From contig NC_043002.1 in assembly GCF_006345805.1 (NCBI RefSeq), positions 107,012,001-107,076,000 of the forward strand: a DNA stretch of 64,000 nucleotides, given 5' to 3'. Positions 26,830 to 39,399 of this stretch are shown here, one piece after another. This DNA comes from Octopus sinensis (taxonomy: Eukaryota). The notes beneath the pieces are model-generated. The model worked only from the letters and a program-made list of their open reading frames with translations. It was not told where the DNA came from and did no database searches. Numbering within the stretch: position 1 is the first letter of the stretch; every line of letters begins with the position of its first letter. The translations under genes and the position numbers were made by a program.

Positions 26830-29800
26830 CAATTCACCACCTCAGGGTGAAAACCTTGGGGCGCTGGGAAACCTCTCAAACGACTTTTAAGGCACACCAG
26901 CATGCAGCATTGTCGCAGGTGATGGCGAGCCTGATGCGCTGAAACAACCAAACGCCCTCACGAACTTCACCAGTTACCTCTGCTAGGCGAGCTGCCACTG
27001 AAGACAGGGGTCTCGCAGTCAGTGGTTCAACCCCACCAAATGTCTCACACGCCACAGGATGGAAAATGTGGTTCGCCGACAAATTGCAGTATTTCGGGAT
27101 TTTGTTCCACTTGGCCGCAGAAGCTGTGAATCTTGCCCTGGCAAGGCATCTGTCTCTCAACCAGAGGCACAGGACGAGACCATCAGGTCTTTTCCCATCA
27201 CATCTGGACAACCCAGGTGGTTACAAGATGGAGGGGATGTTTGCTTGGGCCCAGCTCCTCTTGAGTATAAGGTTTAACTTTGTGTGATGCATGAAGCAAC
27301 CAGCATTCATGCAGCAAGAAAGACTGTGGAGTTGAGGAGCTTGCCACAACGACAGCTCAAACCCATGCATACGTCAACTCCCACTCTGAGGGCAACGGAG
27401 ACACAAAGTTCGTCCAAGCTGAGTAGGCCACCAACGTTAGCCACGGATGGCATTAATCCAGTCACCTGAGTATTTGGCGCTAGCAGACAGTAAGCGGCAC
27501 CTTGAAAACTGGTCTGACTGGATGAAGAGGGAGTCGAAGGTGGCCTTCGAAATTATGTTGTTCTAAGCTCTCTGACTCTGACAGTTCTCCACCTTCTCAG
27601 GTGTAGACAAGCCCAATTCCTTCCAGTGTTGGAGAGCTTTATCCAACTCCCTGTTGGAACTGGTCCGAGTAGAGGATGTTGCTCATCAGGGTGGAGCAAG
27701 TGTGGGTAGAGGAAAGGAAGCAGGGGAGAGAGAGGGATGAACACTTACAAAGACCAAGACCCCCAAATCGCTTGAGCAATGCAGGATGTTGGAGAGAGTC
27801 TAACATTGACCAAGCATTTGAGTCTCTCAAACATTAGGGAATTGGTGAGAGGAGCTGTAATTTCTAAGTATGAAGAAATCTTGATGGGGTTCAATTGCTT
27901 CAATATTCTTTAGCAACCTTCAATTGGAAGATGAACTCGAAGGCAAGGTCAGTAATTGGGGTCCATAAGGAGCACCAAACTGATGAGGGAAGGACTAAAG
28001 TGGAAGAGAAGAACTCTGTAAATAGCTCTGTAGTTTGTTGATGTTGAGAAGCCGAGTGGATGAGGGTCCAGAGCTCACATTTGGAACTGTTTACTTGGAG
28101 ACTCCAACCACCAAGCTCCTCAACCATCTTGTTTGCAATGGTGAGAACCCTGTCCAGAGGTCCCTACAAACAAGCATCGTCGAGATACCAGACGAGGTTT
28201 TGCTCAACCCCCATTTTGGTAATGTCATCAATTCCCAGTGCAAACAGAGTGGGCCCAAGTGGGTCACCCTGTTGGACTCCTGAGGCAGAGGTGATGATTT
28301 GGTCACCAAAAGAGAGGTAGGAGAGCTCCCAATAAGCCTGCCATGCAAGGTGGTAAAGTTGTGGGACCTCTCTTACTGAGCTGAGGACAGCAATGCGGCT
28401 TATGGAGTTGAAGGCATTCTTAAGGTCAAGTTTGAGGATGACCTTGGGTGACAAGGAAGGCAAGTTGGCAAAAGCTCTGGTAGCATGGGCAGCAGCTTCA
28501 CATCCCAATTTGGTGCCCACTCCTAGCTGAGTGGGGTGGGGGGAATTCCTCATCCAAGAAGCTAGAGACCAATTGTAAGTACAGCTTTGCAGTGTGAGAT
28601 GACAAAGGGTGAAGCCGACCACAATAGGGCGCAGGTTTCCATTGGGTTTGGTGAGCCCAAATAATTTTGCACCAAAGAACAGTGGGTGGATATTGGGGAG
28701 AATGTTCACTGAAGAGAACTGGTTCCCAAACTGAGTCAAACTTTACAAGAGCTCAAGTCCAGCATCACTGGCCCAATAAGGAGGTGTTGAGGCCAAAGGC
28801 TGTCAATTCCCACACCTGAACAAGCAGGGAAGGATGAAATTGCCTTTCTGATGTTATCAGAGGTGAAGACTGGTCTCAAGTATTCTGGGGGGTTGGGGCC
28901 ATTTTGGCTGATTATCTGGGGGTGCCAATAGGTGCTTCTCTTTCAGATATTTAAGAGACTAAGAGTTACACAGAGAGGGGGTACAGAAGAGAGGAGATGG
29001 ACAGCCTCTTTAATGTCAAATATGCTGTATTTGGCACTGATGGAATGCTTGAAATTTATCAGTTGCCTGTTGGTAGGCACCAAGCTTGATGTCAAATTGA
29101 GGTGAGAAATGGTTGTGATGGACCCAGATGACTGAAACTGTCACTTGAGAAAGGATGCAAAGGAGCTCAATTTCACATTGTGCATGTGAAGAGAGAGATG
29201 AGAGGGAGCAGAGACAGTTTCTGTCGTCAGATGTATTGTTGGATAAACATACATTTTTCAACAAGCTGGAGGGCTCACGAGCAAAGCTATTCCAGGTTCC
29301 CTTAGGGATCGGATTAATGAGCTTCGATTTGGATAAATCCTGGAGGGGTGCAGCAAAGTCGTCAGCAAAGAGCTGATTGTCAGAGTGTGGGGCATCTCCA
29401 CGGTGTGTGTCAGAGCTGAAGTGGCTGAAGGCGGAGAGCTGGTAGAAACGCTAGCACGCCGGGCGAAATGTGTAGCCGTATTTCATCTGTCTTTACATTC
29501 TGAGTTCAAATTCCGCTGAGGTCAACTTTGCCTTTCATCCTTTCGGGGTCGGTAATTTAAGTACCAGTTACGCACTGGGGTTGATATAATCGACTTGATC
29601 CATTTGTCTGTCCTTGTTTGTCCCCTCTGTGTGTAGCCCCTTGTGGGCAGTAAAGAAATAGGCACTGACTACAGATCCAGTATGGAAGCCTTTCGGCTTG
29701 AGCCTTGGTGATGTGGACACAGCTTCTGTGATGATTTTGGTGGCACAGGTGACAATTAATTGTTTTTAGGTATCAGCTAGTGCAAGCACAGAGAGCACTG

Positions 29801-30170
29801 TCAGGTGGTGAGCTGACATCGACCAACTGTAGTGGGCCAGCATTGGAGGAAATGAATTAACAGAGGAGGAAGAGCAAGCAGCGGTGGTTCCAATGGTGGC
29901 ACTAGATCAGAAGTTCAGAGGTGCCGAGGGAGGGTTAATAGCTGTAGGAGTGGTGGGGTTAGCAGGGTTAATTCCGTTTGGAACCCGAGGTGGAGAAGGT
30001 TCTCTTGTGCATAGCAAAGGTGGTGGAGAATGAGAGGTCAAAGGTTGATCTGTTGTCACAAGGTCGCTCTACCAAACAGATCTCTTGGTCATTTGACGCA
30101 TGCCTCCACCACCAAGAGTGGATAAGGTTAAAGTGGTGGCAACCCCACCAATTGGTAATCACTGGTGATT
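26830..30170 (-). mobile_element. Decayed CRE-clade non-LTR retrotransposon (RT plus restriction-like endonuclease)
   Basis: RT motifs: AISSFP..GIDSLWPQHL, FFGAKLFGLTKPNGNLRPIVVG, QLGVGTKLGCEAAAHA, LKLDLKNAFNSISR, GVQQGDPLGPTLF, WYLDD. C-terminal SRCDGKRPDG..ACETFG RLE region. Frameshifted, with a SINE inserted at 29430. Boundaries approximate. Confidence 0.85.
29430..29660 (+). mobile_element. tRNA-derived SINE (Meta-domain-like family) nested in the CRE element
   Basis: Head ggcggagagctggtagaaacgctagcacgccggg, core gcctttcatcctttcggggtcg, end aaagaaata. Confidence 0.85.
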
Positions 30171-30547
30171 GGAAGAGAGAGAGCAACAAAAATATATCAG
30201 ATTAAAATGCTAGTATTATTTATTGCTATATTTTGGGATTATCATTTTTTTTTTTTGCTAAATAAACACACATTATATATTCATTTTTCCCTTCAGCTCC
30301 ACTACTGCTCTTATTTCATTGTCCTTTATCCTGTGACCTCTTCAGCGACTCTCCATCCCATGTGTCTCCTGTTCTAAACAGAACAGAACACTAAAATAAG
30401 AACAATAATAAAACTGAAGTGCAGAATGAATAAATATAGTGTGTGTTTATTTGGAAAAAAAAAAAAAAAAAGAGAGAAAATCCTGAAATATTACAATATC
30501 AGTGTTTCAACATGATTACAACATCAGGAATCTTGCAAACCAAATAC

Positions 30548-30845
30548 ATAAAGTGATGGTTTGTTGCCAACTTAATGTGGCAGTGCCAGGAAAGGAAAGA
30601 ATGCCACTGCATTTAGCCCCAGGAAAGACTGTTTCCAGTTGGCTACTTGATACAAGCATTCTGTGTCCTTAAGTTTTCAAACTGGGGAGAAAGGTGCTTA
30701 TCTCCCCTGTTTGAACACTCAAGGACACAGAACGCTTATGTTATGTAGCCAACTGGAAACGGTGTTACCTGGGGCTAAATAGCAGCAGCATTCTTCCCTT
30801 TCCCTGGCACTGCCACATTAAGTTGGCAAGAAACCATCACTTTAT
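30548..30845. mobile_element. MITE/fold-back with ~100-bp TIRs
   Basis: ataaagtgatggttt..ttggctac (30548-~30647) is mirrored by gtagccaac..aaaccatcactttat (~30746-30845). Confidence 0.8.
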
Positions 30846-30927
30846 CATATTGCTACTGTATAAGTCTCTCTGAGAGATTTAGAAATGTAATATTTCTAAA
30901 ATACATAATCATTTTTTATTCAATCAC

Positions 30928-30966
<39 letters not shown>

Positions 30967-31741
30967 GTGCATGAGTTGGTAAACTAGAGGAATAAATACA
31001 ATTGCTTTTTGCTTGTTTCAGTCATTGGACTGCAGCCATGCTAGGGCACAGCCTTAAAGAATACAGCTGGTCATGGTCGACATTATAGATAGTGGTCCAT
31101 GGTGCGTGTAGTGAGACCATCTATAACAACACATATCAGGAAGCTGAAATAATACATATGATGTCCCAGTTGGAAAAGAGAGACACAACCGAGTAGATTT
31201 GGAGAACATTTATTCATATATTTACATGCATCTGTGTGGGTTGTATGTTTGCTGTTAACCATGGTGAAGTAATTCACCAACAGTGCTATGTTAGAACCGG
31301 TGCAGTGTTGCTTCTGCTGTGTGCAAAGAGATGTTGTTGACAATGTTCATGAGAGACATGATGGTGGCGACAAAGATGGAGGTCGCTGTAATTCTGTTGG
31401 ACAGGTGTTGTCTGGCATCATCACTGGAACTGGCTGTGTTGTGTGGTCAGTGGCTAGACCTTATAAGGTCTGGAACCAAAAGACTCGAAGACGTGGAGAA
31501 GTTGAGTTTTTATAAGTAATGGTAGGCTCAAAATTGGAGTTGAGAACAGACTGTCTCACGTGATCTGTTGAGAGGCTGCAATTGGTTAGATTGCATATTG
31601 GCACGACAGATTAAGAGACAAATTGTGCCAAAACCAACCAGTCAGAGTGGTGGATACAAAGGGGTCCAAACAGCGCCCAAAACTTTACTAACTTGATCAA
31701 TCTGTCATTGAACCAGGATTTTAATTTCATTTGATACACAC

Positions 31742-32150
31742 TTAGGCGCAGGAGTGGCTGTGTGGTAAGTAGCTTGCTTACCAACCACATGGTTCCGGGT
31801 TCAGTCCCACGGAGTGACACCTTGGGCAAGTGTCTTCTACTATAGCCTCGGGCCGACCAAAGCCTTGTGAGTGGATTTGATTGACGGAAACTGAAAGAAG
31901 CCCATCATATATATATATGTATATATATGTGAGTGTGTGTGTTTGTGTGTCTGTGTTTGTCCCCCCAACATCGCTTGACAACCGATGCTGGTGTGTTTAC
32001 GTCCCTGTCACTTAGCGGTTCGGCAAGAAAGACCGATAGAATAAGTACTAGGCTTACAAAGAACAAGTTCTGGAGTCGATTGCCTTGACTAAAGGCGGTG
32101 CTCCAGCATGGCTGCAGTCAAATGACTGAAACAAATAAAAGAATAAAAGA
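31742..32150 (+). mobile_element. Composite tRNA-derived SINE (CORE-like segment, internal (TA)(TG) tract, conserved tail)
   Basis: A box tggctgtgtgg, B box ggttcagtccc, accttgggcaagt, tail gtcaaatgactgaaacaa. Many copies in the window. Confidence 0.85.
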
Positions 32151-32804
32151 ATACAAGAATGGCATATAAAGATAAATGTTTTTCTTGCATGCTACCTCCC
32201 CACGCACAGAAACCTGCACATATATATGCATGCAGTTACACATGGATGAAGTCCCATTTTGGAAGTATGTTAAAGTTTTTATTATTTTGGAATGAAGAAC
32301 ATGAACATAGGGGCTGAGCCAGTGACTAAACTTGAAGTATTTTGTTGGGATTAATCCAATGAATTGACAGCAAGTAAGAAGCACTTTTCTGAAACAAAAT
32401 TTCCGTGTACAGTCCTGTCACTCGTACATTCACACCAACACTTGAAACGGCCGTACGGCATCACTTCAGGATATCCTATTCCTTATTTTGATATATATAT
32501 ATTTATATATATATATATATGTATGTATGTATAAAAATTATATATAAAAATACAAAATGGGACAAGAACGCAAAACATACAAAGAGACGACACATAAGAT
32601 GGACGGGTCATTCGAAGCCTCTAATCTTCAGTCAGGAACCGGATCATCCTCGCAATTTCGGCTGATTAATCCTGATATCGCTCCGATCCGGCCAGCCCCA
32701 AGGAAAAACTATGCTGTGAGCATTAGATTTCTTGGAAAAAGAATCAAATGTATACACACATCCATATATGCACATATATATGCATATACATACACACACA
32801 CACA

Positions 32805-32858
<54 letters not shown>

Positions 32859-32935
32859 CACATATATATACATATATGCACACACACACACATAAATTCA
32901 TTATCATTATTATCATTATTATTTTTTTAATTATA

Positions 32936-33959
32936 TTATTTAGCCTTTCTATGGATTAACAGAAACATTCCATTAATCAGAGAAAAAGTATGAGATACGT
33001 AAAAGATTGTAATGAATTTAGTTCTAAGAGGGATTTAAAAATATTTTTGCAAACAATTAAAAGATATGATGTAGTTTTATATATAAAAAACTGCTATGTA
33101 TTCTTAAGGCATAAATTGTAAATAAGAATAACGAGTAATCTCCCTTTCTTCATGTGGTTAAATTGTATCTAAAGATAATTACGATGAAAATTATCATTTG
33201 TTTGACTAGAGAAATATATTTATAAAATTTGTGAATGGTATGGAAATATATATATATATTTATATATACACGTGGAATTTTCTAGGTGAATATTTGGATA
33301 GTTATTGATGTTAGTTTATAATATTTTAGAAAATAAAAGATTTCAAAATATTATTAAAGAACCATATTAATATCATTGTTATAAATAGGTAATTATGTTG
33401 GTAGTAAATGTATTATTGTGGTATATATATATATATATATATCCTAGAAAATTCCACGCGTATATATAAATATATGTATATATATGTATATATGTATGTA
33501 TGTGTGTATGTGTGTATGTATGTATGTATGTATGTATGTGTGTATGTATGTGTGTATGTATGTATGTATGTACGTATTTATGTATGCATGTATGTATATT
33601 TGTATGTATGTATGTATGTATGTGTGTATGTATGTATGTGTGTATGTGTGTATGTGTGTATGTGTGTATGTGTGTATGTATGTATGTATGTATATATCTA
33701 CATCATCTACAAATTGTGGTTAAATTGTATCTAAAGATACAATTTAACCACATGAACGAAGGGAGATTACTCTTTATTCTTATTTACAATTTATGCCTTA
33801 GAAATACGTTGCGGTTTTTTTTTTTTTATTAAAACTACATCATATCTTTTAATTGTTAGCAAAAATATTTAAATTCCTCTACACGTAATTTTTTAAGTAT
33901 CTCATACTTTTTCTCTGATTAATGGAATGTATCTGTTAATCCATAGAAAGGCTAAATAA
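32936..33959. repeat. Interrupted ~470-bp palindrome (fold-back) with nested insertion
   Basis: 32936-33170 pairs with 33735-33959. A 25-bp direct repeat (33153-33177 and 33715-33739) flanks the insert. Confidence 0.85.
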
Positions 33960-34719
33960 ACAACAACAACAACAACGATGATGATGATGATAATAATATG
34001 CCCTGATGCAGTACCAGGCAGTGACTCTCATGGCTTCTGATCTTAACTGATTGGAAGTGTTATCATGTACATTGTTTTGTCTTGGTATAAAAGATGGGCT
34101 ACAGCAAATATTCTGCTCAATACTACAGATTTGCTTGTCAGTTCTTTGACCTTAACCATTTGACCATGTCCCTTGGTGGCTGACGATATGTGCATCTCTG
34201 ATCACGAGCAGAAGTAGTGGGGGAGCATCATAGCCATGTGTTGAGAGGGATTCTTGCAGGTTTGAATAATTCACCTCTGGAAACATGGTTCGTTCGTTCA
34301 ACATCCTTAAACAACCCTTATTCAGGGACCTTTTGAGCAGGATGGATTACTTGACCAGAAGAAAATTCTAACTGGGCCCCACATGCAAGGTCATGTGCTG
34401 TTTATCTTGATATGAGATCACCATGTCGCGCACATATGGTTGTGATGCATGTGCCCGGTGTACCCTTATCAGACGGGTAGTCATGATGGGTATACTGGGC
34501 TTCGTATATTTTACCCCAGTGTCACTTTGATGGTAGGCACTGGTCTCTCACTCAATAATAATGACGATGATGATGATGATAATAATAATAACTCTTCTAT
34601 GAAATACATTCTAAATTACTATTTCACTATACAATATTGAAGAACTTTGAAATATTATAACAAACTTTTATTTCTTAATACTTTATAGCCCAAATCAATC
34701 ATGCTAATTCCCATTATTC

Positions 34720-34945
34720 TACTTACTCCCTCTCTCTCTCTTTACTCTTTTACTTGTTTCAGTCATTTGACTGTGGCCATGCTGGAGCACCGCTTTTAAT
34801 CGAGCACCTCGACCCCGGCACTTATTCTTTGTAAGCCCAGTACTTATTCTATTGTTCTGTTTTGCCGAACCGCTAAGTGACGGAGACATAAACACACCAG
34901 CATCGGTTTTCAAGCAATGCTAGGGGGACAAACACAGACACACAA

Positions 34946-35000
<55 letters not shown>

Positions 35001-35168
35001 TACGACGGGCTTCTTTCAGTTTCCGTCTACCAAATCCACTCACAAGGCTTTGGTCGGCCCGAGGCTATAGTAGAAGACACTTGCCCAAGGTGTCCCGCAG
35101 TGGGACTGAACCCAGAACCATATGGTTGGTAAACAAGCTACTTACCACACAGCCACTCCTGCGCCTTA
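34720..35168 (-). mobile_element. Composite tRNA-derived SINE (same family as 31742)
   Basis: Full reverse-complement match to the family. Confidence 0.85.
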
Positions 35169-35289
35169 AGTGACTATTTTATGTCCTTTAACACCTATAA
35201 CAGTATATTTTTCTAATACATCTTAGTATTACAGTAAGATTTTGTTGCATAATACCTCCAGCCCCCCACCTCTGTGCCCTTCCATGTGC

Positions 35290-35735
35290 CAGTGGAACGC
35301 TAAAAGAAGCACATCCGAGCCTGATCGTTGCAGTGCCATGGATTGGCTCCTGTGACGGTGACACATGAAAAGCACCATTCGAGTGTGATTGTTGCCAGCA
35401 TTGCCTTACCAGCACATGTGCCGGTAGCACGTGGAAATACAGCATTCGAGCGTGGTTGTTCCCAGTGCTGCCAGACTGGTTCCCATGCAGGTAGCACGTA
35501 AAAACACCTTTGAGTGTGGTTGTTGCCAGAACTGCGTGACTGTCCCTCGTGCCGGTGGCACGTAAAAGCACCCACTACACACTCGGAGTGGTTGGCATTA
35601 GGAAAGGCATCCAACTGTAGAAACTTCGCCAGGTCATATCAAACCTGGTGTAACCATCTGGTTCACCAGTCCTCAGTCAAACCGTTCAACCCATGCCAGC
35701 ATGGAAAGTGGACGTTAAACAATGATGATGATGAT
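35290..35735 (+). mobile_element. 5'-truncated RTE LINE 3' UTR (~4 tandem units)
   Basis: Tandem ggcacgtaaaagcacc units and a (GAT)n tail. Confidence 0.8.
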
Positions 35736-35899
35736 GACGGTCCTCATCCATCTTATCTATCACCAATATGTAAGAAATATTGCCCTGATGAATTCCAGTC
35801 TTACTGTGAGGTTCTTTTACATCCAACGTAGTTCAAATCATGATGATCCGAAGCAATGTGCACCTACTGGCCAGACTGAAATATATGTAGACTGATTAT

Positions 35900-36890
35900 T
35901 TCTTATGTCGATTCTGTTCCATTATGCCGAAACACTACTGCTCACTATGGGTCTTAATAGAATACCATCCTTGTGAATCTTAGGGAGATAGTACATGTGT
36001 GGCAGCTTACTGTAGTGTTGGGTCACTTGTCTGTACTTCATTGGTATAAAGTGATCCTTGTTGATGAAGATCTGTGACAACTTCTTCTCTGTTTTCAGAG
36101 TTGGGTCTGTCTTTACTTTGCTGTAGCTACCATCACTTGTGAGACTTGCCAATTTTTCAGAGTAGCCAGACTTGTCCATCATCACGGTAGCATTGCCGTT
36201 GTCCACTGGAAGTATTATGATGGAATTGTCACTCTGTAGTGTTTTGATAGCGATGCCTGGGATTGAACTTGGAATTGAGCAAAGAAAATAAGTAGTGATC
36301 CTGATTCACACCACCAAGAAACGGTCAAGCTAAGTAACAATCTATTAAGCAACATCTACCCCGCAAAAGCATACTCTCCACTCCAATTAGGAAGAAAAGA
36401 GAGGACGAAACCAATAAACTGTCCACAGTCTGTCTACCCTATGTGAAAGGCCTCTCTGAAAAGATACAAAAGGTATGCAATCCATATGACGTCAGGACAG
36501 TATTCAAGAGTAATACAACACTTCGCAAATATCTCCTTCAAGTGAAACCACCAATAGAAGAGAATATGACCAAAGACTGCGTGTACTCCATCCCATGCAG
36601 ATGTGGTAGGTTATACAAAGGCGAAACATGCCGCCCCTTCATAATAAGGGTAGAGGAACACTGCAAAGCTGTGACACAGGGAGATATTGATAAATCCGGT
36701 ATAGCTGATCATGTATGGAGAAATGGAGACTACCTCCCCCTGTGAGATGAAGTTAAAATAAGAGATAGGGAACACCACAGGAAAAAATGAAAACTAAAAG
36801 AAGCAGCACATATGCTAGGACACAACAACCTCCTAAGCAGACCGAATGCAGATATGAATAGCATCTGGGAACCAGTATTAAGGAAGGTTA
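35900..36890. mobile_element. Rearranged Penelope-like element: RT fragment (-) and GIY-YIG endonuclease (+)
   Basis: Minus 35922-36206 encodes GNATVMM..DPT..LPKIHKDGILLRPIVS. Plus 36443-36745 encodes LPYVKGLSEKI..VYSIPCRCGRLYKGET..RVEEH. Confidence 0.85.
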
Positions 36891-37090
36891 CAAAAATATT
36901 CTTTTCTACTCTAGGTACAAGGCCTGAAACTTTTGGGAAGCGTGCCAGTTGATTAGATCGACCCCAGTATGCAACTGGTACTTAATTTACCAACCCCGAA
37001 AGGATGAAAGGCAAAGTCAACCTCGGTAGAAAGAGATACAAAAATATTAGGTTTATAAGCCCAAAAATTCACTCTATAATTGTTCACATG

Positions 37091-37273
37091 CATATAGCGC
37101 AATGGGTAAGAGCATGGGCTGCTAATACCAAGATTCTGTGTTCAATTCCAAGCAGTTCCTTGAATGAATAAATAAATAAATAAATAGTAATACTAACATA
37201 AACAAAAGATACTTTAGGAATGAGAACCCAGGGTTGGGTTCAAAATTCCACAAGGACACCTGATGAAGGCTGG
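37091..37273 (+). mobile_element. tRNA-headed SINE with (AAAT)n linker and truncated hammerhead tail
   Basis: tRNA-like head, ttaggaatgagaacccagg, then gacac-ctgatga-aggctgg. Family also at 52981 and 63900-64000. Confidence 0.65.
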
Positions 37274-37510
37274 CGAGTAACAGTGTAAAAATTTATACAA
37301 TAATCTATAATATCCACTTCATTGTTAAATGAATATATATATCCCTCAATAATACAATTACTACTATCACAATTACCTATTTATAACAATGATATTAATA
37401 TGATTATGTAACGATATTTTGAAATCTTTTATTTTTTAAAATATTATAGACTAATATCAATAAATAGTGAAACTTTTAATCTATCCAAATATGCACCTTG
37501 AAAATTCCAC

Positions 37511-39147
37511 ATGTATCTCCTCCTATTTATCATAGTCCTCCAGGCAATAACAGAGGAATTCAAGACAGGATGCCCCTGGGAGCTCCTCTATGCTGATGAC
37601 TTTGCTCTAATTGCTGAGTCACTATCAGAACCAGAGGAGAAGTTTCAGGTGTGGAAGCAAGGATTAGAATCGAGGGCCTTAGAGTCAACCTAGCTAAAAC
37701 CAAAGTCCTAATAAGCAGGAAGGCAGACAAACCACAAATCCCTTCAGGTAGATGGCCCTGCTTGATCTGTAGAAAAGGCGTAGGTAGAAACTCTATAAGA
37801 TGTACCCAGTGTAAGCTATGGACACATAAGAGGTGCAGCAATATCAAAGGAAGGCTAACAGGGAAGATAGCTTTTGTGGCAGATGCTTGGGTGCAATAAA
37901 CACTGACAATGCGCAGAGAACAACTTCCACCACATTCCAGAGAGAAAAACTAGAAATAGTTGACAGCTTCCGTTACCTAGGTGACCAAGACAGTAGTGGG
38001 GGAGGATGCGCTGAAAGTGTAGCTGCTAGAATAAGAATAGCCTGGACAAAGTTCAGAGAGCTCTTACCCCTGCTAGTGACAAAGGGCCTCTTGCTCAGAG
38101 TAAAAGGTAGACTGTATGACGCATGTGTATGAACAGCCATGCTACATGGCAGTGAAACATGGGCCGTGACTGCTGAGGACATGGGCAAGCTCGCAAGTAA
38201 TGAAGCCAGTATGATCCAATGGATGTGTAATGTCAGTGTGCATACTCGACAGAGTGTAAGTACCTTGAGAGAAAAGTTGGACCTAAGAAGCATCAGATGT
38301 GGTGTGCAAGAGAGATGACTGTGCTGGTATGGGCATGTAGCGAGAACGAATGTGAATAGCTGTGTGAAAAAGTGCCACACCCTAGCGGTTGAGAGAACCT
38401 GTGGAAGAGGTAGACCCAGGAAGTCCTGGGATGAAGTGATGAAGCACGATCTTCGAACATTGAGTCTCACTGAGGCAATGACTAGTGACCGAGACCTTTA
38501 GAAATATGCTGTGCTTGAGAAGACTTGGCAAGCCTAAGTGAGACCATAACCTCGTGGCCTATGCCAGGGGTGTAACCAGCCCACTTATGTGTACCTTTCC
38601 TTCATTGGACACTAAACTTTGCTTGCAAAGACCTGTCGAGTCAAGTGAAATCGAAATCGAAATCAAATTTGATGACTGGCATCCGTTCTAGTGGAGCGCT
38701 AAGAGTACCATACGAACATGATTGTTGCCAGAGCAACAAGCTGGCCTCTGTGCCAATGGCATGTAAAAAGCACCATTCGAGCGTAATCGTTACCTGCGTC
38801 ACTTTACTGGCACTTGTACTGGTGGCACATTCAAGTGAGGTCATTACCAGTGCCACTGGACTGGCTCCTGTGCAGGTGGCACATAAAAAGCACCATTTGA
38901 GCGTGGTTGTTACCAGTACTGCCTGACCAGCCCTTGTGCCGGTGGCACATAAAAGCACCCACTGCAATCTCGGAGTGGTTGGTGTTTGGAAGAGCATCCA
39001 GCTGTAGAAACTCTGCCAGATCAGATTGGAGCCTGGTGCAGTCACTGGCTTTCTACACCTCAGTCAAACAGCCATCTGGTTCACCAGACCTCAGTCAAAT
39101 CATCCAACTCATGCTAGCAATGAAAGTGGACATTAAACGATGATGAT
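37511..39147 (+). mobile_element. 5'-truncated RTE LINE (RT C-half with Cys-rich finger insertion, 3' UTR with tandem units, (GAT)n tail)
   Basis: SPLLFIIVLQAITEEFKTGCPWELLYADD, GLRVNLAKTK, YLGD..ARIRIAWTKF, HGSETW, WYGHV, GRGRPRKSWDEV. Contains frameshifts and stops. Confidence 0.92.
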
Positions 39148-39206
39148 ATATATATATATATGATATATATATATATATATATATATGATATATATATATA
39201 TATATG

Positions 39207-39263
<57 letters not shown>

Positions 39264-39322
39264 GATATATATATATATATATGTATATGATATATACACA
39301 CATATATATATATATATATATG

Positions 39323-39361
<39 letters not shown>

Positions 39362-39399
39362 ATATATTATATATATATATAATATATATATAATTCCAA

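Noticed and set aside
30296-31520. Possible plus-strand exons (acceptor ttttcccttcag at 30295; short ORFs at 31288-31519)
   Set aside because: All frames close quickly, no family is recognised and no consistent exon chain could be built.
32590-32720. GC-rich repeat segment with CUGACUGA..GAA resembling a hammerhead on the minus strand
   Set aside because: Core spacing is wrong, GAAA is incomplete and stems are not consistent.
35836-35894. Fourth hammerhead-like motif beside the PLE (AUGAUGA...GAAA-UAUAUG-UA|GACU)
   Set aside because: C3 is lost, stem II is not convincingly paired and stem I is imperfect. It is too degenerate to claim without a family consensus.
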